Shown here in pieces: positions 7,787-15,561 of a stretch of DNA of 26,119 nucleotides. This DNA comes from an uncultured Clostridia bacterium. Its GTDB lineage: Bacteria > Bacillota > Clostridia > Christensenellales > CAG-917. The notes beneath the pieces were generated by a model, which did no database searches, was not told where the DNA came from, and saw nothing but the letters and a program-made list of their open reading frames with translations. The position numbers and the translations under genes are program-made. Position 1 is the first letter of the stretch. Every line of letters begins with the position of its first letter. The stretch lies in NCBI GenBank assembly GCA_937881285.1, contig CALGEU010000366.1:1-26119 (forward strand). Direction: 5' to 3'.

Positions 7787-9496
7787 ATGGACAATAAGGT
7801 AGAATTTAAGAATAATGAATTTGCACCGTGGCAAACTGGCGCGGCATTTGCAACGAACTGGACGTATTCGTATGTCAATAACTCGTTGTTTTTCGCGAAA
7901 GTGCGCGGCACATTCAGACCGTTCATGGTGCGTTGCGTTCAGAACTGGCTATGGTGGTATGACGGATGGGTTCCGTATTTCCACAATGCCGAGCGTGGAA
8001 TTATGTCGACCGGGCTTGCAAAGGCTATCGTTGACCGCACTGCGAAGAAAGTGTCAGGTTCTCGCATCATGTTCAAGAACGCATTCGACGAGAAGAGTAC
8101 GAAGAAAGGCACAGAAGTCAACGATTCGCTTAAAGCAATCGCAGAGTGGGCAGACAAGACGAATTTCTCGCGCGCAATCAAAATGGGAACGAGATTCGCA
8201 CTTGCGGCGGGAACTGCGCTCATCAAAATAAATCAAGGCGCAGACGGTAAGTTTGGCGTTGAATGTATCCGCTTTGACCGCTTTATTCCGTCAGTGGATA
8301 ACACAGGACGGTTGAACGAAGTCACCGTATTTCTGCTTGCGAATATTGACATCGGCGATAAGAGTGTACAGAACCGTAACGTTTATACGCTCGAAGAACA
8401 TCGTTATTATGGCGATTACATTAAAAGCGATGGCAGAGTGCTTCACAATGTGCCGATATGTGAGTATCAGGTTCACGTGTACAGCAACACGGTGCAGAAC
8501 GGCATTGGCGAGTATTCTGATGCGTACGGCGGCAGATGTCAGTGGAAAGACGTGCCGAAGCAGGTCAGAAAAGCCATTCGAGAAAAGTACGGACTTTGGA
8601 TCGACAAGCCGATATTGCTCCCGTTTCAGGACTTGGGATGCGAACTTTTAACCAGCACGGACTGCGTCGGTAATTATCCCGATCTCCCGTTTGGTGAGAG
8701 TTTGCTTGCGAATATCATTCCGCACCTGCAAGAGTACGATTACTATCACTCCGCGATGTGTACGGATATGTATCTCGGTCGTGGCAAGGTTCTCGTTCCG
8801 AAAGGGCTTTCGAGCGCACAATCTCCGATGGGAGACAATGCGTATAACGGTCTTGACGGCACGACATTCACGCAACTTCCGAGTATGAACCCGGAAGAGC
8901 AGAAGCCAACTCCGATACAGTTCGACCTGCGCGCGCAAGATTGGCAGTTAATCAGAAATACGATAATCGAGAACATCGCAATCAACACAGGGCTTTCAAG
9001 CACGACGATTGCATCGTTTCTTAACGACAATTCGGCAAAGACGGCGCGCGAGATCTCGACCGAAGAAAACGAGACGGCAGGCTTTGTTGACGACATGCGC
9101 GGAGTCATCGAGCAACCGATTAACCGCATTATTGACCGCATAAGGCTTGCAATGGGCTTGCCTGATAAGGTTGTGGTGCGCTGGTCTAATGCTTCGCTTC
9201 AGAATAAGTATACGACGGCTGAAACGCTCAATCTCGCAAGACAAGGCGGTTTCATTTCGCAGTATAAAGCGGTGCAGACGTTCAACAGTGACGATGACGA
9301 CGTTCAGGTTCAAGAAGAGTATGACCGCATCAAGGCGGAATCATCGCAAGAGTATGATGACACCGACAGCGGCGACTATTTCGGCAATGGTGGTGATTTG
9401 AATGATGACACGGAAACTGAATCCGCAGGCGAAAGCGATAACGGATTGTCAGTCGGAAATAAAGGCACTCGTCAATCGGATGTATTTGCAAGGTAA
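7787..9496 (+). CDS. Portal protein (A118/SPP1-like)
   Basis: Directly after terL; 569 aa; motifs FGESLLAN, GRGKVLVP, KTAREIS, VRWSNA and EEYDRIKAE are typical of A118-type portals. Confidence 0.88.
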   Translation: MDNKVEFKNNEFAPWQTGAAFATNWTYSYVNNSLFFAKVRGTFRPFMVRCVQNWLWWYDGWVPYFHNAERGIMSTGLAKAIVDRTAKKVSGSRIMFKNAFDEKSTKKGTEVNDSLKAIAEWADKTNFSRAIKMGTRFALAAGTALIKINQGADGKFGVECIRFDRFIPSVDNTGRLNEVTVFLLANIDIGDKSVQNRNVYTLEEHRYYGDYIKSDGRVLHNVPICEYQVHVYSNTVQNGIGEYSDAYGGRCQWKDVPKQVRKAIREKYGLWIDKPILLPFQDLGCELLTSTDCVGNYPDLPFGESLLANIIPHLQEYDYYHSAMCTDMYLGRGKVLVPKGLSSAQSPMGDNAYNGLDGTTFTQLPSMNPEEQKPTPIQFDLRAQDWQLIRNTIIENIAINTGLSSTTIASFLNDNSAKTAREISTEENETAGFVDDMRGVIEQPINRIIDRIRLAMGLPDKVVVRWSNASLQNKYTTAETLNLARQGGFISQYKAVQTFNSDDDDVQVQEEYDRIKAESSQEYDDTDSGDYFGNGGDLNDDTETESAGESDNGLSVGNKGTRQSDVFAR

Positions 9497-10421
9497 ACCG
9501 CAAATCGACATAGAACGCGAAGTGCGCAAGGTCATAAAAAGATACGGCGTGCAACTCTCGAATAAACAACTTCGGGAGTTGATGCCTAAATCGATGTGGA
9601 CGCTATATCGCGCGACTATGCTTGCTTTGGTAAACTCGTTTGGCGTCGATGGTCGAAAAGCGTATGAGCGCATACAGACGGCTCAAGCACTTGTGCAAGG
9701 CAAGCGAATTGCTACCGTCATACAAGACGGTGTTGAAATGCCGCTTTTGGGGCAAAGGCAGGGTATACCGAACGGCATATATGCGAAAGAGTATATGCAA
9801 AAAGTAAACGATGTCTATGTAAGTCTCGCGAAAGAAGATGCAACAGATCCCGATGATTTCAGCGGTCGAAACTCAATGAGAAACCGCGCCGAAATGGAAG
9901 TACGCAATGATTATCATCAGAGCGAAATACAAGGTCTTAAAGATAAAGGCGCACGTCTTGTAGTATGTAGCGCACACGCCGATTGTTCCGACCGTTGTTT
10001 CAAATGGCAAGGACGTGTGTACAGCCTTGATGGAACAAGCGGAAAAACGCCTGACGGGCAAGAGTATATCCCGCTTGAAACGGCAACTGACATCTATTAC
10101 ACGACAAAAGCAGGCAAGACGTACAAGAACGGTTTGCTAGGCTTCAATTGTCGTCACAGGCTTTACGAGTATGTGCCAGGAATGGGAATTCCGAAAGTTT
10201 CAAAAGCAGAACAAAGAAAGGAAAACAAAATCAATACCAAACAGCGAGAAATGGAGCGCAATATCCGCGAATGGCGGATGCGCGAAGACTTAAACCGTGC
10301 GGCAGGAAATAAGACTGCTCAAGCAGAAGCACAAAGGAAAGCGGCAGATGCGTATGCGCGTTATAAGAAATTCTCGCTTGAAAATGGTCGAGCATATTAT
10401 CCCGACCGAGTAAAAATTTGA
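9402..10421 (+). CDS. Phage minor capsid protein (MuF/minor capsid 2-like) without toxin extension
   Basis: CSAHADCSDRCFKWQGRVYS and GLLGFNCRH motifs; QREMERNIREW; follows the portal gene. Confidence 0.88.
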   Translation: MMTRKLNPQAKAITDCQSEIKALVNRMYLQGKPQIDIEREVRKVIKRYGVQLSNKQLRELMPKSMWTLYRATMLALVNSFGVDGRKAYERIQTAQALVQGKRIATVIQDGVEMPLLGQRQGIPNGIYAKEYMQKVNDVYVSLAKEDATDPDDFSGRNSMRNRAEMEVRNDYHQSEIQGLKDKGARLVVCSAHADCSDRCFKWQGRVYSLDGTSGKTPDGQEYIPLETATDIYYTTKAGKTYKNGLLGFNCRHRLYEYVPGMGIPKVSKAEQRKENKINTKQREMERNIREWRMREDLNRAAGNKTAQAEAQRKAADAYARYKKFSLENGRAYYPDRVKI

Positions 10422-10448
10422 AAGGATGCGTGAAAGCGTATTCATATA

Positions 10449-10532
10449 GATTCGGCTTGCGATGGTGGCACGCGCTTGGGGCAGTCGCAGATTGCGTAGG
10501 GGCGCATGGATGTGTCGGAAGTAAGTTGAATC
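10449..10532 (+). ncRNA. Long structured intergenic RNA element (unassigned)
   Basis: Nested helices GATTCGGCTTGC/GTAAGTTGAATC, GGCAC/GTGTC, GCGCTT/GGGCGC and GCAGTC/GATTGC, with multiple G-U pairs on the + strand. Confidence 0.5.
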
Positions 10533-10570
10533 GTCTATCGATAGAATATTCAAAAAGGAGAACAAAGATT

Positions 10571-11143
10571 ATGGCAATTTTTGGAAGAAAGAAATTGACC
10601 GTTGAAGAACTTATCGAAGCGCTAAATGCTTTGAGCGACGACGACAAAAAGAAAGTTATTGCCCAAAGCACGAGTGAAGACGTTTCCGAAGCAAAGGAAG
10701 ACGTTGCAGATAAAGGCGAAGACAGTCAATCCGAACAAGACCGCGTGGATGAGAGCGTAGGAGAACAAGATAAACTCGACGGCGACGAAGACACGCAAGA
10801 CGCGAAAGACCGTGTGGACGAATCTGAAAGCGAAGACAAGGTGGTTGATGAAACCGCCACGGACGACGCGACACCGACAGATGAACAGATTCCTGACGAC
10901 GCGAAAGACAAAGAAGAATCGGACGACAAAGGAGATTTGTATAAACAAATCGAAGCACTCGGAGCGCGCTTTGATGCGCAGGACGAGAAGATCGCCGAAC
11001 TTTCCGAAAGACTATCGCACCTTACGGATGCACTCGACAGTCAGCCATTTGGCGCACGCCCGCAAGCAGACGATTCCGACGCACCGACACTTTCAACCGA
11101 AGACCAAATTATGCGGTCTTACAATCCTGCATATCGCAGATAA
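10571..11143 (+). CDS. Putative capsid scaffolding protein (acidic, 190 aa)
   Basis: AAGGAG RBS before ATG 10571; very acidic low-complexity sequence with a C-terminal coiled coil; directly before the capsid gene. Confidence 0.7.
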   Translation: MAIFGRKKLTVEELIEALNALSDDDKKKVIAQSTSEDVSEAKEDVADKGEDSQSEQDRVDESVGEQDKLDGDEDTQDAKDRVDESESEDKVVDETATDDATPTDEQIPDDAKDKEESDDKGDLYKQIEALGARFDAQDEKIAELSERLSHLTDALDSQPFGARPQADDSDAPTLSTEDQIMRSYNPAYRR

Positions 11144-11172
11144 ACAAACTAAAAAAATAAAAATACAAAATT

Positions 11173-11200
11173 AAAAAGCACTCCAAACGGGGTGCTTTTT
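11173..11200 (+). terminator. Terminator-like hairpin before the capsid gene
   Basis: AAAAAGCACTCC-aaac-GGGGTGCTTTTT. Confidence 0.65.
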
Positions 11201-11219
11201 CAATGAAAGGAGAATCACT

Positions 11220-12305
11220 ATGGGAGCACTTTTTGCAGCAATCAATACCCCCGAAATCAATTCAGCAACTCTTAAGCGCGTGATGGCATCGCGCGGTAAG
11301 GACAACATCTTTCAAGGCATTTTCACTCGTCCCGAAGAAGCATGTACCGAAAAGTTTTCAACCGACACCGCCGCGGCTGAAATTCAAATCATCCGTGTAA
11401 AACCCAACGCCGGACAGTCTCGTCAACTTGGTGCGGAAAAAAACGGCGGATGGTTCAATGACAATAAAGCATATATGCCGACCACCGAACCGTACGGCAT
11501 CAAAATCATCAACGTCATCGACTACAACATCGACATTCCATCAAACGAGCAAGGTATGATGAATGTTGACGTCGCAGAAGCGGAAATGAGCAATCTCATC
11601 GGCAAAGTTGACCGTCATGTCAACGCTATTACTATGGCGGCACAACTTGCAAAATGGCTCACGTGCCAGGCGGCAGGCGATAAAGCAGTGGGCGACAAAG
11701 CAACCGGCAACAAGGTTACGGTTGATGCAACTCCGGGCGCAAATGCGTATCTCGGTTATCTCATCGACGCAAACGGCTATCTTGATGCGGGAAACGAAGA
11801 TCAAGGCATCGACACCTATCCGAGAAACAAACGTGCATTCTTGCTTCGCTCTTCTTTGAACTCGAGCCTTAAGAAGCAAGGCGTTATCATCGGCGGTTCA
11901 AATTTCGGTCAAATCATGGTTCGCACGGGTGCGCTCGACAACGAAACCAAACTTGAAGACGTCATCAATTTCGTCGGCGAAGTCGACAACACTCCGTGCT
12001 ATGTCGCATCGAATCCTGTTTGGACGTTGATTGAGCAGTATCTCGGATTGACCAAAGGCGCACTCGACAAAGTTCTCGGTCTCGCTGTCTGCGGTATCGG
12101 CACTGGTCGTGCGTTGGCATTCAACGATTCCGTCAAAACCATCGATAGCCCTGATGGTCAAGGCATTCGCATTCAGCCGAAATACCGTTTCGGTGCAGAG
12201 TGCTGGGACGAATATTCCGTCGTACCTATCGTTGCTAACGACTACGCAACCATTGGCACGATTGGGCAAGAATTTAAAGTCATCGCTCCGGGTTCGAGAG
12301 CGTGA
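11220..12305 (+). CDS. Major capsid protein
   Basis: Position after the scaffold; 361 aa; strong AAAGGAG RBS; C-terminal KTIDSPDGQGIRIQPKYRFGA resembles HK97-fold capsid ends; followed by a terminator. Confidence 0.8.
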   Translation: MGALFAAINTPEINSATLKRVMASRGKDNIFQGIFTRPEEACTEKFSTDTAAAEIQIIRVKPNAGQSRQLGAEKNGGWFNDNKAYMPTTEPYGIKIINVIDYNIDIPSNEQGMMNVDVAEAEMSNLIGKVDRHVNAITMAAQLAKWLTCQAAGDKAVGDKATGNKVTVDATPGANAYLGYLIDANGYLDAGNEDQGIDTYPRNKRAFLLRSSLNSSLKKQGVIIGGSNFGQIMVRTGALDNETKLEDVINFVGEVDNTPCYVASNPVWTLIEQYLGLTKGALDKVLGLAVCGIGTGRALAFNDSVKTIDSPDGQGIRIQPKYRFGAECWDEYSVVPIVANDYATIGTIGQEFKVIAPGSRA

Positions 12306-12312
12306 CCGAATG

Positions 12313-12339
12313 AAAGAGTGGGGTAACACCCGCTCTTTT
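12313..12339 (+). terminator. Terminator after the capsid gene
   Basis: AAAGAGTGGG-gtaaca-CCCGCTCTTTT. Confidence 0.65.
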
Positions 12340-12396
12340 ATGCCCGAAAGAGTATCGCCGTGCAACTCGGCAAGCGGGCAAAAAAGGAGAAACAAT

Positions 12397-12864
12397 ATGA
12401 ACTATCCGTATAACGATGACGCAATGATTTACGACGCAAAAAGACATCAGTATGTGTTGACAGAGAGATACGTTCTAGAAACTCTCGGCGTAAATCTTTC
12501 GCTTACACTCGATACAACGGGTGACGAGAACCCGTCAACACTCGGACAACGCATATTGCGCCGTGTGTCAGACTTTTTCTACAGATACATTTATGCGCAC
12601 GGTTGCAACAAGGACTTTATCGAATATCTTCTTGCGAAATATCCGCCTTGCAGAGACATTATCAAGGACTGCCTTGTAGATGAAATGTATTATCAACTTC
12701 GCAACGGCGATTTCTTCAACTGCGCAGATGTCGACAAGCAATTCGACAGATGGGTATCTCCCACGACGCGCATGCGCCTGCAGGAAGAATTGCCAAACGG
12801 GATATGTTTGCTTTATCAGGGCAGATATAACGTAAGAAATATCGATTATAGGAGCGACTATTGA
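12397..12864 (+). CDS. Head-tail adaptor-like protein (155 aa)
   Basis: AAGGAG RBS before ATG 12397; first gene after the capsid; helical, with an ILRRVSDFFYRYI...IKDCLVDEMYYQL...LLYQG pattern. Confidence 0.6.
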   Translation: MNYPYNDDAMIYDAKRHQYVLTERYVLETLGVNLSLTLDTTGDENPSTLGQRILRRVSDFFYRYIYAHGCNKDFIEYLLAKYPPCRDIIKDCLVDEMYYQLRNGDFFNCADVDKQFDRWVSPTTRMRLQEELPNGICLLYQGRYNVRNIDYRSDY

Positions 12865-13217
12865 TGATAAACGCACTTATGCCTAAATCGGACGATTTGG
12901 TCGTCGCAAAATGGTATCCGTCCGACGAGACTATGGAACAGGGCAAAATTATCAAATTCAAATTCTATACGGAATGGAGAACCGACAGGGAACAGCCAGT
13001 TCAAAACCTGATGAGCGTGCGGAACGAAACGCAGATTCAAACGCGATATAACTACGATTTCAAGAAAAACGACAAGTTGTATTTTGCAGGCGAATACTGG
13101 CTGATAACCGACGTTTCGCGTGAGTTTGACAAACGCGATAGCGAAAAATCACTCGCGCTCAATCGAGTTAGCCTTGCGGCAAAATACGTGCGTATGTCGG
13201 TCGTTAAGGTGGTTTGA
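12864..13217 (+). CDS. Head closure/stopper-like protein
   Basis: TGATG coupling; beta-rich, with DFKKNDKLYFAGEYWLITDV pattern; position in the connector module. Confidence 0.55.
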   Translation: MINALMPKSDDLVVAKWYPSDETMEQGKIIKFKFYTEWRTDREQPVQNLMSVRNETQIQTRYNYDFKKNDKLYFAGEYWLITDVSREFDKRDSEKSLALNRVSLAAKYVRMSVVKVV

Positions 13218-13218
13218 A

Positions 13219-13521
13219 ATGATTAGTTATGAAGAGCAATGCATAGTTATGCAAAACGTTATGACGGTGTTCAAATCTGTCGTTCCTATAAGAACGGGAA
13301 ATTTGAAAAACAATGCTGTCAAGTGTGAGTACAAAGGAGACGGAAAGTGGCAGATAACCATTGACGAATCCGTTGCGCCTTATATGCCTTACACAAACGA
13401 GCCGTGGGTGTCGCCGAAATTTCACGGGAAGAAAAACCCGAATGAACACTGGTTCGACGATGCGGCAGGACTTATTGCATTGCTCTTATCGCAGGAACTT
13501 CACGGAACGTTGCGGCGATAA
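13219..13521 (+). CDS. HK97 gp10-like tail-completion/neck protein
   Basis: VPIRTGNLKNN motif, APYMPYTNE and HWFDDA; AAGGTGG RBS. Confidence 0.7.
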   Translation: MISYEEQCIVMQNVMTVFKSVVPIRTGNLKNNAVKCEYKGDGKWQITIDESVAPYMPYTNEPWVSPKFHGKKNPNEHWFDDAAGLIALLLSQELHGTLRR

Positions 13522-13534
13522 AGGAGATAGAAAT

Positions 13535-14419
13535 ATGATTTCCACACAGAAAATGGCAGATGTACTTACTGCCAAACTTAATAAATATGCGGGCAAAGTC
13601 AATGGACAGGACTTTCGATTTCTCATTCATTGCAACGAAGGTGATTTGCAAGCGAAAACGGAAAAGACGCAACGACAACTTCCAACCATTCTTATCAACG
13701 GAGTTTTGTTCGAGCAATCAAGCACTCCCATTCCCCTTGAAGGTCTTGAGTGTGTGCTTCTCATGCAAACGTTGCAGATACTTGTTCCTTGCGATATGCA
13801 AAGGGTATCGGGGCGTGCTGAATACGCTTTGACCGCGCTTAACGCTTTTGTCTCGGACATAGCGGGCAATGTCGGCTCGTTGACCGATGATGAAGACAAG
13901 AATTATTCATACGTGTTGAGCGTCTCAACGCCATTTGTCGGTACGGAAAACTATTTCGGCGATGTTGGCGCGGCGATACCGATTTCATTGCAAATCTCTT
14001 GGCAATTCATTCTCGACGGCGTTCTTGCGAACGCAGTGAAGATGAAACTCGGCGTTAAAGATTCGGCTGTGCAACATGCGGTCGTGCTTATGGACGGTGG
14101 CATCGTGAGAACGAGAACGGGCGATAGTACCAACGTTGAGAACTCTGAAGAAATGCAAACGGAAGTTACACAACAAGGCTTGACTATCAAAGTGATTATG
14201 CCATACAAGCGCAACGACGCGTCGCAAATGCTGTTCAAAGATATGCTTGTCGGCACTCTCAAGCGTGTATATACGCTTTCATACGATGACGGAGACGATG
14301 TGTATGACGGCGTATCCGCAACGTTCAACGTGTGCGCGAGAGAAATAACTGCTCCGTTGACCGCGGGCAAGGTTATGACGATTTCGGCAACCTTTGAAAT
14401 CGCAAAGACGGAGATGTGA
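13535..14419 (+). CDS. Tail structural protein, possibly a tail terminator fused to a tail tube domain (294 aa)
   Basis: AAGGAG RBS before ATG 13535; the N half resembles terminator topology; the C half ends AREITAPLTAGKVMTISATFEIA, like tube proteins. Confidence 0.55.
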   Translation: MISTQKMADVLTAKLNKYAGKVNGQDFRFLIHCNEGDLQAKTEKTQRQLPTILINGVLFEQSSTPIPLEGLECVLLMQTLQILVPCDMQRVSGRAEYALTALNAFVSDIAGNVGSLTDDEDKNYSYVLSVSTPFVGTENYFGDVGAAIPISLQISWQFILDGVLANAVKMKLGVKDSAVQHAVVLMDGGIVRTRTGDSTNVENSEEMQTEVTQQGLTIKVIMPYKRNDASQMLFKDMLVGTLKRVYTLSYDDGDDVYDGVSATFNVCAREITAPLTAGKVMTISATFEIAKTEM

Positions 14420-14420
14420 T

Positions 14421-14993
14421 ATGCCAACGAAGATAAACAGTGCAGGAGAACAACAAGAATATGTCCCCAAAGGAGAGTCAGACGGCGGGCAGTATTTAGG
14501 CGATGATACTAACAAGACACAGTGGATAACAACGGATAGGAACTATTCGAAACTACAACCAAAAATTGTCGAATTGAGTGATGATAATGACCTGGGACGT
14601 CTTATTGCAAGCAGTGACGAGAACAAGTACAAAGTCATCACAAAGTACATAATTAGCAATTATGGTGGAAACGATATTCTGTTTCCAGATGGATATTTCG
14701 CGAAAATTGACAATAGTGACGCAAAAGAACTTGCCCATAAAGCGGATAAAAAACGCACTGCCGAAATCAGTTTGCTGAATGATTTGATTGAATCATCGAG
14801 TTTTGTGAATGAAATTCAACTTCAGAAAGAAGAACATAACAAATTTGAAGCATTCAGATATTATCTCACGAAAACTCGATATAAAGATAAAGTTGATGAA
14901 ATATGGCTGAATGTTGGTAAAGCAAGGAATTCAAAAGATGATGAGTGGCATTTCTACGCCATAACAAAAAAGGAAACCTTGCCCATCGATTAA
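14421..14993 (+). CDS. Putative cargo/toxin protein with KTQWIT leader and LPD3/BECR-like C-terminal domain
   Basis: GGAG RBS before ATG 14421; YVPKGESDGGQY and KTQWITTDRNYS leader; C-terminal H.KF..FRYY......IWLNVGK.....WHFYAI beta-meander; visibly AT-richer than flanking genes. Confidence 0.55.
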   Translation: MPTKINSAGEQQEYVPKGESDGGQYLGDDTNKTQWITTDRNYSKLQPKIVELSDDNDLGRLIASSDENKYKVITKYIISNYGGNDILFPDGYFAKIDNSDAKELAHKADKKRTAEISLLNDLIESSSFVNEIQLQKEEHNKFEAFRYYLTKTRYKDKVDEIWLNVGKARNSKDDEWHFYAITKKETLPID

Positions 14994-15046
14994 GATGTGT
15001 CAAGGCTTCGGGAGTTTCTTGATCCAAAAACAAGGTTTCCTTTTTC
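14966..15046 (-). ncRNA. Putative antisense small RNA overlapping the 3' end of 14421-14993
   Basis: Downstream of a minus-strand consensus promoter; enclosed by a perfect 15-bp inverted repeat (14967-14981 / 15031-15045) and ending in a U6 run on the minus strand. Confidence 0.5.
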
Positions 15047-15052
15047 AATACT

Positions 15053-15082
15053 ATTATATGCACAAATCTTGTTTTTAGTCAA
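15053..15082 (-). promoter_or_regulatory. SigmaA promoter, antisense to the late operon
   Basis: Minus strand TTGACT (15082-15077), 18 bp spacer, TATAAT (15058-15053). Confidence 0.65.
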
Positions 15083-15096
15083 GTGGAGATTTGAAA

Positions 15097-15561
15097 ATGG
15101 CAAAATATACGATAGACATCAATTTTAACGATGTTGCTAACGCCGAAGAAAAAGGTTATAAATCGAGTTTTGCAAAGCCTGACAAAATTGACGATGAAGC
15201 ACCGCAGTCTTTTGGACAATTCGTCAAAGGCGCAAAGGCATTTGCGACTGCAATACCCGGTGCAAATCTTGTAAAATCGGCATTCGATTGGCAAATAAGC
15301 CTTGTCGGACGATATACAGGCAGTCAACAGGCACAGAATGTTGCTAACGCATCGATGAAGATAGCGGCGCAGGCTGGCGGACTTGCTTTCAATCTTGCGA
15401 CAGGCAACTATATCGGTGCAGCACTCACGGTTGGCGCAACAATATTCGGATACGCAAAAGAAGCCGAAGAGAATCGCTATGAGCGCAAATGGGAGAATAT
15501 AAGCAATCATGTCGGTATCGAACGCGCAGGCGCATCGTATAACCGTTCGCGAATGGGGTGA
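15097..15561 (+). CDS. Miniature tape-measure-like protein (154 aa)
   Basis: GGAG RBS; N-terminal YTIDINF strand followed by Ala/Gly-rich helices with a hydrophobic segment; located between the tube and tail-tip genes. Confidence 0.5.
   Translation: MAKYTIDINFNDVANAEEKGYKSSFAKPDKIDDEAPQSFGQFVKGAKAFATAIPGANLVKSAFDWQISLVGRYTGSQQAQNVANASMKIAAQAGGLAFNLATGNYIGAALTVGATIFGYAKEAEENRYERKWENISNHVGIERAGASYNRSRMG

Noticed and set aside
10418..10570. 51-codon N-terminal extension of the scaffold ORF
   Set aside because: Atypical composition and no RBS; a strong AAGGAG precedes ATG 10571, and the region is better explained as RNA structure.
10718..10825. Repeat ED(S/T)QxxxDRVDES twice in the scaffold
   Set aside because: An ordinary intragenic duplication in a low-complexity acidic protein.
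14400..15100. Tail assembly chaperone with programmed frameshift expected between tube and TMP
   Set aside because: The gene here carries the shared effector leader and is AT-rich, and no downstream extension ORF exists.
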